64,000 bases of DNA from an uncultured delta proteobacterium. Lineage in GTDB: Bacteria > Myxococcota > Myxococcia > Myxococcales > Anaeromyxobacteraceae. Where the stretch lies: NCBI GenBank assembly GCA_963814585.1, contig CAWFDF010000008.1, positions 160,001 through 224,000 of the forward strand. Direction: 5' to 3'. A program made the position numbers and the translations under genes. The notes under the pieces were generated by a model. The model saw only the letters and a program-made list of their open reading frames with translations, did no database searches and was not told where the DNA came from. Shown here piece by piece: positions 42,191 to 52,520 of the stretch (the stretch's first letter is position 1; every line of letters starts with the position of its first letter).

Positions 42191-43506
42191 GTCACCGTCC
42201 GGGCCGCCACCACCCTGACCGGGCCGAAGCGGGCCAGCTGGGCCCGGAGCCGCCGGGCCGGGCCGACCGCCACCACCACGCGCCGGGACTCGGGGAACCA
42301 GCGCCGCGCCACGTCGAGGCAGGCGGCCGCGGTCACGGCCCTGACCCGGTCCGGGAAGCCCGCCACCTCATCGGCGGCCAGGCCGTACAGCTCCACCTCG
42401 GCCAGCTTCTCGGCCCATTGCTCATGGGTCTCGAGCCCGAGCGGATAGAGGCCGCAGAGGTAGCCGCGGGTGCGCTCCAGCTCCTCCTCGGTCGGACCGC
42501 CCTCGCGAAAGCGCGCCACCTCGTCGAGCGCGACCTGCACCAGCTCTCCGGCGGTCTCCACCTTGGTGAAGGACGAGAAGGCGAAGAGCCCGCCGGCCCG
42601 GCTGGTGGCGAAGCGGCTGCGGACGCCGTAGCTCAGGCCCCGGTTGACGCGCACCGCCTCCATGAGGCGCGAGGTGAAGCCGCCACCCAGCACGGCGCCG
42701 GCCACCAGCCCGGCGGTGTAATCCGGGCTGGCGCGCGGGTAGCCGCCCGAGGCGATCCGGAGCTGCACCTGGGTCAGCTCCGGGCTGTCCACGATGAGCA
42801 CCGCCGGCCCGGCCGGCGGCGCCGGCGGGGCGATCTCGAGCTCCGCGCCCGGCGTCCCCCTCCATCCGCCGAACCGCCTCCCCACCAGCGCCAGGGTGCG
42901 CGCCGGGTCCACCGGCCCGACCACCAGCAGCGTGGCCCTCGAGGGGCGCCAGTGGCGGGCGTGGAACGAGCCCAGCTCGGTGCGGCGGACGGCGGCCACG
43001 TCGCGACCCCGCCCCTCCGCCGGGTGGCCGTACGGGTGCTCGCCGTAGGCGGCCGCCAGCGTGGCCCGGTCGGCCAGGACGCCCGGCTCGTCGAGGTCGT
43101 GCGCCAGCGAGGCCGCCTCGCGGCGACGCAGCCGATCCACCTCGCCGGCCGGGAAGGCGGGGTGCATGGCCACGTCGGCCACCACGTCGAGGAGGCGCGG
43201 CAGCGCCTCGAGCGGCGCCGAGAGGCCGAGCGCCGCGGCGTCCTCGTCGACGCCGCCGCCCAGCTCGGCGCCGAGCGCCTCCACCTCGGCGTCGAGCCGC
43301 TTCCCGCTGCGCCGCCGCGTCCCCCGGCGGACCGCCGCGGCCACCAGGTGCGCCAGGCCGAAGCGCCGGGCCGGGTCCAGCGAGGAGCCGGCGCGGACCA
43401 GCAGCCGGATCGCCACCAGCGGCACCCCGGGACGCGGCGCCACCACCACCTGCAGCCCGCTGGCCAGCCGGACCCGCTCCGCCGGCGGCGCCTGGATTGC
43501 GCTCAT
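42187..43506 (-). CDS. M16B peptidase, non-catalytic subunit
   Basis: No HxxEH (GLAHLVA); LGGGFTSRL...VRVNRGLSYG motif. Confidence 0.85.
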   Translation of the reverse strand: MSAIQAPPAERVRLASGLQVVVAPRPGVPLVAIRLLVRAGSSLDPARRFGLAHLVAAAVRRGTRRRSGKRLDAEVEALGAELGGGVDEDAAALGLSAPLEALPRLLDVVADVAMHPAFPAGEVDRLRRREAASLAHDLDEPGVLADRATLAAAYGEHPYGHPAEGRGRDVAAVRRTELGSFHARHWRPSRATLLVVGPVDPARTLALVGRRFGGWRGTPGAELEIAPPAPPAGPAVLIVDSPELTQVQLRIASGGYPRASPDYTAGLVAGAVLGGGFTSRLMEAVRVNRGLSYGVRSRFATSRAGGLFAFSSFTKVETAGELVQVALDEVARFREGGPTEEELERTRGYLCGLYPLGLETHEQWAEKLAEVELYGLAADEVAGFPDRVRAVTAAACLDVARRWFPESRRVVVAVGPARRLRAQLARFGPVRVVAARTVT

Positions 43507-44789
43507 GCCCTCGACCCCGGGACCAGGACCACGGCGTTGGTGCGATCGGGCGCGAGCAGGTCGCGCACCACCCGCTGGATCTCGGCCGGCCGGACCCGTG
43601 CGTACTGCTCGAGCGCCCGCCCCGCCTCGCGCCAGTCGCCCTGGAGCGCCTCGGCCTGCCCGAGCGCGTGCGCCAGCCCGTGGTGGGTCCCCAGCTCGTG
43701 CAGCACCGAGCTGCGCAGCAGGGCCCGGGCCCGCTGCAGCTCGCCGGTGGTGACGCCGCGCTCCGCCACCCGCGCCAGCTCCTCGGCGAGGACGCGCTCC
43801 ACCCGGGCCACCTTCACGCCCGGTGACATCTCGGCGAAGATCGAGAACACGCCGGGATCGATCCTCCAGCCGAAGGAGACCCCCACCGCGCTGGCCAGGG
43901 CCTCGCGGTGGACCAGCCGCCGGCGCAGGCGTGACGACTCGCCGACGCCGAGGCAGACCTGCGCCAGGTCGAGGGCGGCGGCCTCGCGCGTCCCGGCCGC
44001 CGCGGCGCGCCAGCCGCACAGCAGCGCCGGCCCCTGCGCCGGGTAGCGGATCTCGGCCCGCCGGGCTCCCCGCTGCGCGGGCTCTCCCGCCGCCACCGAC
44101 GGCGGCGGCGGACCGGCCGGGATGTCCTGGTAGGCCCGCTCCAGCAGCGCCAGCGTCGCCTCCGGATCGAGGTCGCCCACCACGTAGATGGCGGCGTTGC
44201 CCGGGGCGTAGTAGGTGCGGAAGTAGGCCTCGCAGTCGGCGCGGCTGATCCGCTCGATGTCGGACATCCAGCCGATCACCGGCCAGCGGTAGGGGTGGGC
44301 CTGGTGGACCAGCGACTCCAGCGCCTCCTCCATGAGCCCGTACACCGAGTCGTCGGTGCGGAGGCGGCGCTCCTCCTTCACCACCTGCCGCTCCTGCTCC
44401 AGCGCCTCGTCGTCGATCCGGAGCGAGCGCATCCGGTCCGACTCCAGGTCGACGACGGTCTCCAGCGCCTCGGCGGCGAAGTCCTCGTAGTACACGGTCA
44501 GGTCGTTCGAGGTGTAGGCGTTGGAGCTGCCGCCCCGGGCCTCGAGCACGCGGTCGAACTCCTTGGGGCCGTACCTGGCCGCCCCGTTGAACATCATGTG
44601 CTCGAAGAGGTGGCTGATGCCGGTCATCCCTGGGCGCTCGTTGCGCGAGCCGACCCGGAAGAAGGTGGCGTAGCTGAGCGTCGGCGAGCCGGTCTCGCGG
44701 AGCACGCGCAGCCGCAGGCCACTGGGGAGGACCCGGTGGTGGACGGCGTCGAGTTCGATGAGTGGGCGGGGAGCGGCCGGGCGGGTCAT
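43503..44789 (-). CDS. M16B peptidase, catalytic subunit
   Basis: GISHLFEHMMF (HxxEH), NAYTS, ERQVVKEERR, HPYRWPVIGW. Confidence 0.9.
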   Translation of the reverse strand: MTRPAAPRPLIELDAVHHRVLPSGLRLRVLRETGSPTLSYATFFRVGSRNERPGMTGISHLFEHMMFNGAARYGPKEFDRVLEARGGSSNAYTSNDLTVYYEDFAAEALETVVDLESDRMRSLRIDDEALEQERQVVKEERRLRTDDSVYGLMEEALESLVHQAHPYRWPVIGWMSDIERISRADCEAYFRTYYAPGNAAIYVVGDLDPEATLALLERAYQDIPAGPPPPSVAAGEPAQRGARRAEIRYPAQGPALLCGWRAAAAGTREAAALDLAQVCLGVGESSRLRRRLVHREALASAVGVSFGWRIDPGVFSIFAEMSPGVKVARVERVLAEELARVAERGVTTGELQRARALLRSSVLHELGTHHGLAHALGQAEALQGDWREAGRALEQYARVRPAEIQRVVRDLLAPDRTNAVVLVPGSRA

Positions 44790-44817
44790 CCAGGATGACC
44801 TTAACCGCGAGCCGGGC

Positions 44818-45048
44818 TCAGATCGAGTCGAGTGGCCGCTTGCAGGCGGCGCAGCGGCCGGCGCGGCGGCGCAGCGGCAGGCCACAGCCAGGGCAGCGGC
44901 GCACCGGGCGTGCCGGCTTCTCCACCGCGGCCCGGCCGTCACCGGTCCCGACCCGCCCCGTCTCCAGCTGCAGCACGCGCTGCTCCAGCCCGGCCAGGCG
45001 GGCCTGCAGGGCGGCGACGGTGCGTGGGGAGGGGGCGCGGCGAGCCAT
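44818..45048 (-). CDS. small coiled-coil plus zinc-ribbon protein
   Basis: LQARLAGLEQRVLQLE then CPGC...CAAC. Confidence 0.55.
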   Translation of the reverse strand: MARRAPSPRTVAALQARLAGLEQRVLQLETGRVGTGDGRAAVEKPARPVRRCPGCGLPLRRRAGRCAACKRPLDSI

Positions 45049-45143
45049 CGCGACGAGCCTAGACGGCCCGGTGGCCGACGCAACTTTCCTTCGGGACACT
45101 TCGCCGAGCAGGCCTGCCAGACCGCGTGTAGGCTCGGGGGCGA

Positions 45144-46739
45144 ATGAGCTCCGACCTCCAGCCACCGGGCCTCCCCGCCTGGGAGACCCCCGAGATCCAG
45201 CGCCTGCTGGCCGAGCCCGTGACCGGCCGGCGAGAGGTGCCGGCGGCGCGCCAGGTCTTCGTCAACCGCACGCTCCGCATGGACAAGATCGAGGCGGTCG
45301 GCTTCGACATGGACTACACCCTGGCCATCTACCAGCTCCGCCACATGGAGGCGCTGGCCTTCCGGATGACCGCCGAGCTGATGGTGTCCCGCTTCGGGTA
45401 CCCGGCCGAGCTGCAGGACGTCGCCTACGACCCCGACTTCGTCATCCGCGGGGTGGTGGTGGACAAGCAGCAGGGCAACCTCTTCAAGATGGACCGCCAC
45501 AACCACGTGGGGCGCGGCGTCCACGGCCGCCGCCCCATCCCCCACGCGGCCATCCACAGGCTCTACCGCGAGGAGAAGATCCACCTCGGGTCGCCGCGCT
45601 TCGCCTGGCTCGACACGCTCTTCGCCCTCCCGGAGGGCTGCCTCTTCGCCGAGGCCATCGAGCTGCTCGAGCGGACCGGCGCCGAGGTGGACTACACCCG
45701 GCTCTACGACCACATCCGCGAGGCCATCGACACCGTCCACCGCGACGGGACGCTCAAGCGGGTGGTGCTCTCCGACCTGCCGCGCTACCTGGTGCGTGAC
45801 CCGGAGCTGGGGCCGGCTCTCCACAAGCTCCGCTCCGGCGGCAAGCGCCTCTTCCTGCTCACCAACTCCCTCGCCGACTACACCGACGCGGTCATGCGCC
45901 ACGTCCTCGACGGCGTCATGCCCGAGTACGCCTCCTGGCGCAGCTACTTCGACGGCATCGTCACCGGGGCCGGAAAGCCCGGCTTCTTCAGCGAGCGGCG
46001 GCCGCTGCTGCAGCTCGGCCCCGACGGCACGCCGGCGGGCGAGGCGGCCTCGCTGGAGCGGGGCAGGCTGTACCAGGGTGGCGACCTGGGGCGGCTGGAG
46101 GAGCTGCTCGGGATCGGCGGGGACCGGGTGCTCTACGTGGGGGATCACATCTACGGCGACATCCTCCGCTCGCGGAAGAGCTCGCTATGGCGGACCGCGC
46201 TGGTCGTCGAGGAGCTGGAACGCGAGCTGACCTGGCTCGACGGCCACCGCGAGACGCTCGGCGAGCTGGCGCGGCTGGAGGGGCTCCGCACCCGCCTGGA
46301 GGACGCCGTCGCCTCGCACCGCACGGCGCTGAACCAGGCCGAGCGGCGGCGCGACCGGGCGGGGAACGGCGAGGTGGCCGGGCTGGAGGAGCCCTCGAGG
46401 CGGATCCGGCTGGAGCTGGAGCGGCTGCGCGCGGCGCTGCGCGGGGCCGACGAGCGCATCGAGGCGCTGGCCCGGGACCTGGAGACGGGCGTCAACGCCA
46501 CCTGGGGCTTCCTCTTCAAGGAGGGGAACGAGAACTCGCGCTTCGGCGAGCAGGTGGAGGACTACGCCTGCCTCTACACCAGCCGCGCCTCCAACTTCGG
46601 CTACTACTCCCCGATGGAACGGTTCCGCTCCCCGCGCGCCGCCATGCCCCACGAGCGCGCCACCGTGGTCCTCTCGATCTGGGGCGAGGAGCACGGCCAG
46701 GCCGCCGCCGCCGCGCGCCCGTCCAAGGCACCGCGCTGA
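45144..46739 (+). CDS. HAD-IG family 5'-nucleotidase (cN-II-like)
   Basis: VFVNRTL, GFDMDYTLA, FLLTNS, KPGFF, LYVGDHIYGDI, YACLYTSR. Confidence 0.92.
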   Translation: MSSDLQPPGLPAWETPEIQRLLAEPVTGRREVPAARQVFVNRTLRMDKIEAVGFDMDYTLAIYQLRHMEALAFRMTAELMVSRFGYPAELQDVAYDPDFVIRGVVVDKQQGNLFKMDRHNHVGRGVHGRRPIPHAAIHRLYREEKIHLGSPRFAWLDTLFALPEGCLFAEAIELLERTGAEVDYTRLYDHIREAIDTVHRDGTLKRVVLSDLPRYLVRDPELGPALHKLRSGGKRLFLLTNSLADYTDAVMRHVLDGVMPEYASWRSYFDGIVTGAGKPGFFSERRPLLQLGPDGTPAGEAASLERGRLYQGGDLGRLEELLGIGGDRVLYVGDHIYGDILRSRKSSLWRTALVVEELERELTWLDGHRETLGELARLEGLRTRLEDAVASHRTALNQAERRRDRAGNGEVAGLEEPSRRIRLELERLRAALRGADERIEALARDLETGVNATWGFLFKEGNENSRFGEQVEDYACLYTSRASNFGYYSPMERFRSPRAAMPHERATVVLSIWGEEHGQAAAAARPSKAPR

Positions 46740-46782
46740 CGGGAGCTTGACCGGCCGTCGCCCCTCCCGTACACCCGGTGAC

Positions 46783-46881
46783 GGCAGGGCGTCCTGGGCT
46801 GGTGCCGGGCCCGGTCTTCAAAACCGGTGAGTGGTGCTGAGAGGCGCTGCTGGGGGGTTCGATTCCCCTGCCCTGCCGCCA
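46783..46881 (+). tRNA. selC: tRNA-Sec(TCA)
   Basis: 8-bp acceptor stem GGCAGGGC/GCCCTGCC plus GCCA, anticodon arm CCGGT-CTTCAAA-ACCGG, long variable arm, GGTTCGATTCC. Confidence 0.93.
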
Positions 46882-46895
46882 CCCTCCTCCGGCCG

Positions 46896-47096
46896 CTACT
46901 CGACCTTGAAGCCGACGCGGATGGTGACCTGGAACTCGGCCACCTTGCCGTCCTTGATGCTGCCGCGCTGCTCGGCGACCTCGAACCAGCTCATCTGGCG
47001 CAGCGACTTGCCGGCCTCGGCCACCGCGGCCTTGACGGCCTCGGCGAAGCTGACCTTCGACGTCCCCACGATCTCGATCTTCTTGTAGACGGCCAT
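46896..47096 (-). CDS. dodecin (flavin-binding)
   Basis: VYKKIEIVGTS...WFEV...FQVTIRVGF. Confidence 0.92.
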   Translation of the reverse strand: MAVYKKIEIVGTSKVSFAEAVKAAVAEAGKSLRQMSWFEVAEQRGSIKDGKVAEFQVTIRVGFKVE

Positions 47097-47151
47097 GCGT
47101 CACTCCTGGGTGGTGGCCCCCGCCCCGCCGAGGCGGGCCAGGAGCGGTTGA

Positions 47152-49116
47152 TCAGCGCTCCTGCAGGTAGGTGTACCCCTTCATGACGGCCTCGTAGAAG
47201 TCGCCGAGCGAGACGCCGTCCTTGGGGCGGATGGTGCCGTCCTTGATCCGCTGGTCGAGCTCGTTCTTGACGCGGCGGAAGAGGTCGGAGGGCTCGTACT
47301 GCACGCGGGAGAGCACCTTGGCGATGGTCTCGCCGGGGATGTACTCCTCGATGTAGAAGTCCTCCGGGTCCTCGTCGTCGGCGAACACGTGGAGCTCGTT
47401 GACCCGGCCGAAGAGGTTGTGCATGTCGGCGAGGATGTCCTGGTAGGCGCCGGTGAGGAACATGCCCAGGTAGTAGGGCTCCCCGGGGCGGAGCGGGTGG
47501 AGCGAGAGCGTCTCGTCGACCCCATCCCCCTCGATGAACCGGTCGATCTTGCCGTCCGAGTCGCAGGTCACGTCGACGATGGTGCAGTCGCGGGTGGGCG
47601 GCTCGTCCATGCGGTGCAGGGGGATGATGGGGAAGAGCTGGTCGAAGGCCCAGTGGTCGGGGGCGCTCTGGAAGAGCGAGAAGTTGGCGAGGTACTGATC
47701 GGCGATCTTGTCGCCGAGGTCCTTGGTCTCGCGGGGCAGCCGCTTCTTGCCCCGGTTCATCTCGGCGATGCCCCGGGCCAGCTTCCAGAAGAGCGACTCG
47801 ACCACGGCGCGCTCCTCCAGGCCCAGCAGCCCCAGCTTGAACATCTGCAGCGCCTCCTCCTTCTTGGCGGCGGCGTCGTGGTAGGCCTCGGCCCGGTTGC
47901 GGGCCGTCAGCGCGGAGACGATCTCGCGCATCTCGCGGACGATCTTGGCCTCGCTCGGCTGCGGCACCGAGGCGGCTGCGATCTCCTCGGCCGAGCCGAT
48001 CTCGATGTGGCCGAAGACGTTCATGATGACGCAGCTGTGGTGGGCGGCGATGGCCCGCCCCGACTCCGAGACCAGGTGCGGCTCCGGCACGCCCTCGTTC
48101 CCGCAGATCCGCTGCAGGCTGTAGACGACGTCGTCGACGTACTCGTCCATGGAGTAGTTGATGGAGGAGGAGTGGCCGCTCATGCGGGTGCCGACGTAGT
48201 CGACTCCCAGGCCGCCGCCCACGTCGAAGTACTCGATGGGCAACCCCATCTTGCGCAGCTTGGCGTAGACCCGGGCCCCCTCGTTGACGGCGTCCTTGAC
48301 CACCCGGATCTCGGTGAGCTGCGAGCCGACGTGGAAGTGCAGCAGCTTGGCGCAGTGCTCCTTGCCGGCCTCCTTGAGGATCCGCACGGCGTGGATCATC
48401 TCGGGGATGGTGAGGCCGAACTTGGCGAAGTCGCCCGAGGAGCCCTCCCACTTGCCGGTGCCGCGGGTGCTCAGCTTGGAGCGCAGCCCGACCATGGGCT
48501 CGACCTGCATCTCCTCGGCGAGGCGCAGCAGCGCCGGCAGCTCGGAGAGCTTCTCGATGACCACGATCACCTTGCGCCCCAGCTTGCGCCCCAGCAGGGC
48601 CAGCCGCAGGTAGTCGTCGTCCTTGTAGCCGTTGCAGATGGTGAGCGCCTCGGGATCGGTGTTCATCGCCAGCACGATGAGCAGCTCGCCCTTGGAGCCG
48701 GCCTCGAGCCCGTAGTGGTACGGGGCGCCGGCGTCGACGATCTCGTCGACCACCTCGCGCATCTGGTTCACCTTGGTGGGGTAGACGCCGTAGTAGCGCC
48801 CGGCGTAGCCCTGCTCGGCCACCGATCGCGCGAAGGACTCGTTGATCTGCTTGACCCTGGCGCGCAGCACGTCCTGGAAGCGGACCACGCAGGGGAAGCC
48901 GATGCCGCGCTCCCGGATGTCCTCGACCACGTCCATCAGGTCGATGACCGGGCCGGGCTGCCCATGGGGGTGGACCACCACGTGCCCCTTGTCGTTGACC
49001 GAGAAGTACCCGGCCCCCCACCCGGCGATGTTGTAGTACTGCGTGGCGCGCTCGATCGACCAGTCCGACGGGGCCATGGCCGTCGTGGCGTCGCTTCTCG
49101 GCTCGGGCAAGGTCAT
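47152..49116 (-). CDS. speA: biosynthetic arginine decarboxylase
   Basis: YPTKVNQ (PLP Lys), [28 protein letters not shown]; start could also be 49077. Confidence 0.95.
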   Translation of the reverse strand: MTLPEPRSDATTAMAPSDWSIERATQYYNIAGWGAGYFSVNDKGHVVVHPHGQPGPVIDLMDVVEDIRERGIGFPCVVRFQDVLRARVKQINESFARSVAEQGYAGRYYGVYPTKVNQMREVVDEIVDAGAPYHYGLEAGSKGELLIVLAMNTDPEALTICNGYKDDDYLRLALLGRKLGRKVIVVIEKLSELPALLRLAEEMQVEPMVGLRSKLSTRGTGKWEGSSGDFAKFGLTIPEMIHAVRILKEAGKEHCAKLLHFHVGSQLTEIRVVKDAVNEGARVYAKLRKMGLPIEYFDVGGGLGVDYVGTRMSGHSSSINYSMDEYVDDVVYSLQRICGNEGVPEPHLVSESGRAIAAHHSCVIMNVFGHIEIGSAEEIAAASVPQPSEAKIVREMREIVSALTARNRAEAYHDAAAKKEEALQMFKLGLLGLEERAVVESLFWKLARGIAEMNRGKKRLPRETKDLGDKIADQYLANFSLFQSAPDHWAFDQLFPIIPLHRMDEPPTRDCTIVDVTCDSDGKIDRFIEGDGVDETLSLHPLRPGEPYYLGMFLTGAYQDILADMHNLFGRVNELHVFADDEDPEDFYIEEYIPGETIAKVLSRVQYEPSDLFRRVKNELDQRIKDGTIRPKDGVSLGDFYEAVMKGYTYLQER

Positions 49117-49236
49117 CTCCCCGACGTGATTACAGGAGAGCGGCGAAAAAATGAAGGGCGCCGGCGACCCATCGACGCAGGCGCGCCCTGGCGCGAAGCG
49201 GTAGAAGAGGGCGCCACACTCGCCCGGGAGGCCGAC

Positions 49237-50430
49237 GTGATCCGCGACTTCGACGCCCACCTCGCCGCCCAGCTGGCCCGCCTCGAGGCCGACGGCCTCC
49301 TCAAGCCGGAGCGGGTCCTGACCAGCCGGCAGGGCGCCTGGGTCGAGACCGGCGGGCGGAGGGTCATCAACCTCTGCGCCAACAACTACCTCGGGCTGGC
49401 GGGCCGGCCCGAACTGGTGGAGGCCGGCAAGGAGGCGCTGGAGCGCCACGGCTTCGGCCTCTCCTCGGTCCGCTTCATCTGCGGCACCCAGGACGTCCAC
49501 AAGGCGCTGGAGGCGCGGCTGGCCGGCTTCCTCGGCTTCGAGGACGCCATCCTCTTCTCCTCCTGCTTCGACGCCAACGGCGGCGTCTTCGAGGCGCTGC
49601 TCGGCGAGGAGGACGCCGTCGTCAGCGACGCCCTCAACCACGCCTCGATCATCGACGGCATCCGGCTCTGCAAGGCGAGGCGGTTCCGCTACGCCAACGG
49701 CGACCTGGCCGACCTGGGCGCGCAGCTGGCCGCCGCCGACGCCGCCGGGGCCCGCTTCAAGCTGGTGGTCACCGACGGCGTCTTCAGCATGGACGGCTAC
49801 CTGGCCAAGCTGCCGGCCATCTGCGACCTGGCCGAGAAGCACGGGGCGCTGGTGATGGTCGACGACAGCCACGCCGTCGGCTTCATGGGCGAGCACGGGC
49901 GCGGCACCCACGAGCACCACGGGGTCATGGGGCGGGTCGACCTGGTCACCGGCACCCTCGGCAAGGCGCTGGGCGGCGCCGCCGGCGGCTACGTGGCCGG
50001 CTCCAGGCCCATGGTCGCCTGGCTGCGGCAGAAGGCTCGCCCCTACCTCTTCTCCAACACGCTGCCGCCGGTCGTTGCCGGGGTGAGCCTGCACGTGCTC
50101 GACCTGCTGGGGCAGGGAGACGACCTGCGCCGCCGGCTTCGCGCCAACGCCGCGCACTTCCGGGCCGCCATGACGGCGCTCGGCTTCACCCTGCTGCCGG
50201 GCGAGCACCCCATCATCCCGGTGATGCTCGGCGAGGCGCCGCTGGCGCAGGCGTTCGCGCGGCGCCTCCTCGAGGAGGGGGTGTACGCCGTCGGCTTCTT
50301 CTTCCCGGTGGTGCCGAGAGGCGAGGCCCGCATCCGCACCCAGATGAGCGCCGCCCACACCCACGAGGATCTCGACCTCGCCATCGCCGCGTTCGCCAGG
50401 GTCGGCCGGGCGCTCGGCGTCATCCGCTGA
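49237..50430 (+). CDS. kbl: glycine C-acetyltransferase (2-amino-3-ketobutyrate CoA ligase)
   Basis: [44 protein letters not shown]. Confidence 0.95.
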   Translation: MIRDFDAHLAAQLARLEADGLLKPERVLTSRQGAWVETGGRRVINLCANNYLGLAGRPELVEAGKEALERHGFGLSSVRFICGTQDVHKALEARLAGFLGFEDAILFSSCFDANGGVFEALLGEEDAVVSDALNHASIIDGIRLCKARRFRYANGDLADLGAQLAAADAAGARFKLVVTDGVFSMDGYLAKLPAICDLAEKHGALVMVDDSHAVGFMGEHGRGTHEHHGVMGRVDLVTGTLGKALGGAAGGYVAGSRPMVAWLRQKARPYLFSNTLPPVVAGVSLHVLDLLGQGDDLRRRLRANAAHFRAAMTALGFTLLPGEHPIIPVMLGEAPLAQAFARRLLEEGVYAVGFFFPVVPRGEARIRTQMSAAHTHEDLDLAIAAFARVGRALGVIR

Positions 50431-50440
50431 AGGAGCCCGC

Positions 50441-51466
50441 ATGAAGGCGCTGGTCAAGTCACGGCCCACCGAGGGCATCTGGATGGTCGGCGACGCGCCG
50501 GAGCCGGCGGTGGGCGTCCACGACGTGCTCATCCGCATCAAGAAGAGCGCCATCTGCGGCACCGACGTCCACATCTACAACTGGGACGAGTGGAGCCAGA
50601 AGACCATCCCGGTGCCGATGATCGTCGGCCACGAGTACGTCGGCGTGGTGGAGCGGGTCGGCGCCGAGGTGGAGGCCTTCGAGCCGGGCGACCGGGTCAG
50701 CGGTGAGGGGCACCTCACCTGCGGCTTCTGCCGCAACTGCCGCGCCGGCCGGCGCCACCTCTGCCGCCACACCGTGGGCGTGGGCGTCAACCGGCCCGGC
50801 TCCTTCGCCGAGCTGCTCAGCCTGCCGGCGGTCAACGTCTACCGGATCCCCGACGACGTCCCGGACGAGATCGCCGCCATCTTCGACCCGTACGGCAACG
50901 CCGCCCACACCGCCCTCTCCTTCGATCTGGTCGGCGAGGACGTGCTCATCACCGGCGCCGGCCCCATCGGCGTGATGGCGGCCGCCATCGCGCGGCACGT
51001 CGGGGCGCGCCACGTGGTGGTGACCGACGTCAACGACTACCGGCTGGCGCTGGCCGCCCGGGTCGGCGCCACGCGGACCGTCAACGTGGCCCGGGAGGAG
51101 CTGCGGGAGGTCATGGCCCAGCTCGGCATGAAGGAGGGCTTCGACGTCGGCCTGGAGATGAGCGGCAACGGTCGTGCCTTCCGCCAGCTGCTCGAGGTGA
51201 TGAATCACGGCGGCAAGGTGGCGCTGCTCGGGATCATGCCTGGGCAGGAGGCCATCGACTGGAGCCAGGTGGTCTTCAAGGGGCTCCTCCTCAAGGGCAT
51301 CTACGGGCGGGAGATGTTCGAGACCTGGTACAAGATGGTCGCCATGCTGCAGAGCGGCCTCGACCTCTCCGCGGTGGTCACCCACCGCTTCCCCATCGAC
51401 CGTTTCCAGCAGGGCTTCGACGCCATGCGGAGCGGGCAGTCGGGGAAGGTGGTGCTGGAGTGGTGA
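50441..51466 (+). CDS. tdh: L-threonine 3-dehydrogenase
   Basis: [37 protein letters not shown]. Confidence 0.97.
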   Translation: MKALVKSRPTEGIWMVGDAPEPAVGVHDVLIRIKKSAICGTDVHIYNWDEWSQKTIPVPMIVGHEYVGVVERVGAEVEAFEPGDRVSGEGHLTCGFCRNCRAGRRHLCRHTVGVGVNRPGSFAELLSLPAVNVYRIPDDVPDEIAAIFDPYGNAAHTALSFDLVGEDVLITGAGPIGVMAAAIARHVGARHVVVTDVNDYRLALAARVGATRTVNVAREELREVMAQLGMKEGFDVGLEMSGNGRAFRQLLEVMNHGGKVALLGIMPGQEAIDWSQVVFKGLLLKGIYGREMFETWYKMVAMLQSGLDLSAVVTHRFPIDRFQQGFDAMRSGQSGKVVLEW

Positions 51467-51524
51467 ACGGCTCGACCCCGGCGACGAACGCGGCCGGGGC
51501 GAAGCGAGACCAATTCTCACTTAC

Positions 51525-51538
51525 TTGACGCCGATCAA
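51525..51538. promoter_or_regulatory. Fnr-type binding box
   Basis: TTGAC-GCCG-ATCAA (9/10 match to TTGAT-N4-ATCAA); -10-like TAGGTT at 51561. Confidence 0.6.
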
Positions 51539-51575
51539 GGATCGGGCCCTGGGCCCGGTCTAGGTTTGGCGAATA

Positions 51576-52415
51576 GTGAGACTTCTTCTCGTTGTCGCGT
51601 CCTGTGGCTGGTTCCATCCATCCCCTCGCGTGGGTCGGCCGGTCTATCGAACGAGCAGCTCCACCCGGCCAGTCAGACTGGCTCGTGCTCTGCTCTTGCT
51701 GCTCTTTTCGCTCCATCCGCGCCTCGCGTGGTCCTCCCCACCCGAGTCCACCGAGGAGTCCACCGAACTGGTCATCGAGGCGCTTTACCTGTGCGACCCG
51801 GTCCCGCCCGGCGGACACGAGGTGAGCCTTGCCACCACGTTCGTGCCAGGCGCTACCAGGGACTCCGCCGGGGCTCTCATCATGGAGCCGCTCCCCCGCG
51901 TCCAGGTCGCCGTGGCCTTCTCCGATCGCCTGGGCCTCACCGCGGACGTCGGCCTAGCCACCGAGCAGGGGCGCCTGGTCACCGACGCCCCGAGCGCCTC
52001 GCTCAAGTACCTCCTGATCGACCCGGCGGGCGGCCGGGTCGGGCTCGCGGCGTCGCTCGACCTCCTCGGCTCGACCCGGTCCCTCGCCGAGTCCGAGCTC
52101 GGAATCGGCCTCGGCACCCTGCGGGGGATCGGCCCGATCACGGTGCGTGCCGGCCTGGCCGCCGCCACGACCACCGGGGCGTGGGCTCCGCACCTGCACG
52201 CCGGGGCCTCGGCGGCGTTGGCGCTCTCCTCCCGCGTGCGGGCGCTGGCCGAGGTGGTGGCCAGCGTGGGAAGCGGAGCGCGGACGGTGGCTGCCGGCCC
52301 GACGATCAAGGTGGCGCTGGCTCCCGCGACCTCGCTGACCCTCGGCGCGCTGCTCCCGGTCAGCCCGGGCGCCGGCCCGATGCTGGTCACGCTGCAGGTC
52401 GCCCAGGGGATCTGA
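51576..52415 (+). CDS. hypothetical exported protein, probable outer-membrane beta-barrel
   Basis: Signal-like LLLLLFSLHPRLAWS, then alternating amphipathic strands; true start uncertain. Confidence 0.5.
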   Translation: MRLLLVVASCGWFHPSPRVGRPVYRTSSSTRPVRLARALLLLLFSLHPRLAWSSPPESTEESTELVIEALYLCDPVPPGGHEVSLATTFVPGATRDSAGALIMEPLPRVQVAVAFSDRLGLTADVGLATEQGRLVTDAPSASLKYLLIDPAGGRVGLAASLDLLGSTRSLAESELGIGLGTLRGIGPITVRAGLAAATTTGAWAPHLHAGASAALALSSRVRALAEVVASVGSGARTVAAGPTIKVALAPATSLTLGALLPVSPGAGPMLVTLQVAQGI

Positions 52416-52520
52416 CGGCGTCGCCCGCCCGGCGAGATCCCGGCGCCGGGCCCGCCGGGATGCCGGCGAGGTGGAGGCCAGGCCCGCCGCGGATCAGGCC
52501 CGCTGGCCACCGCTGCCGCC

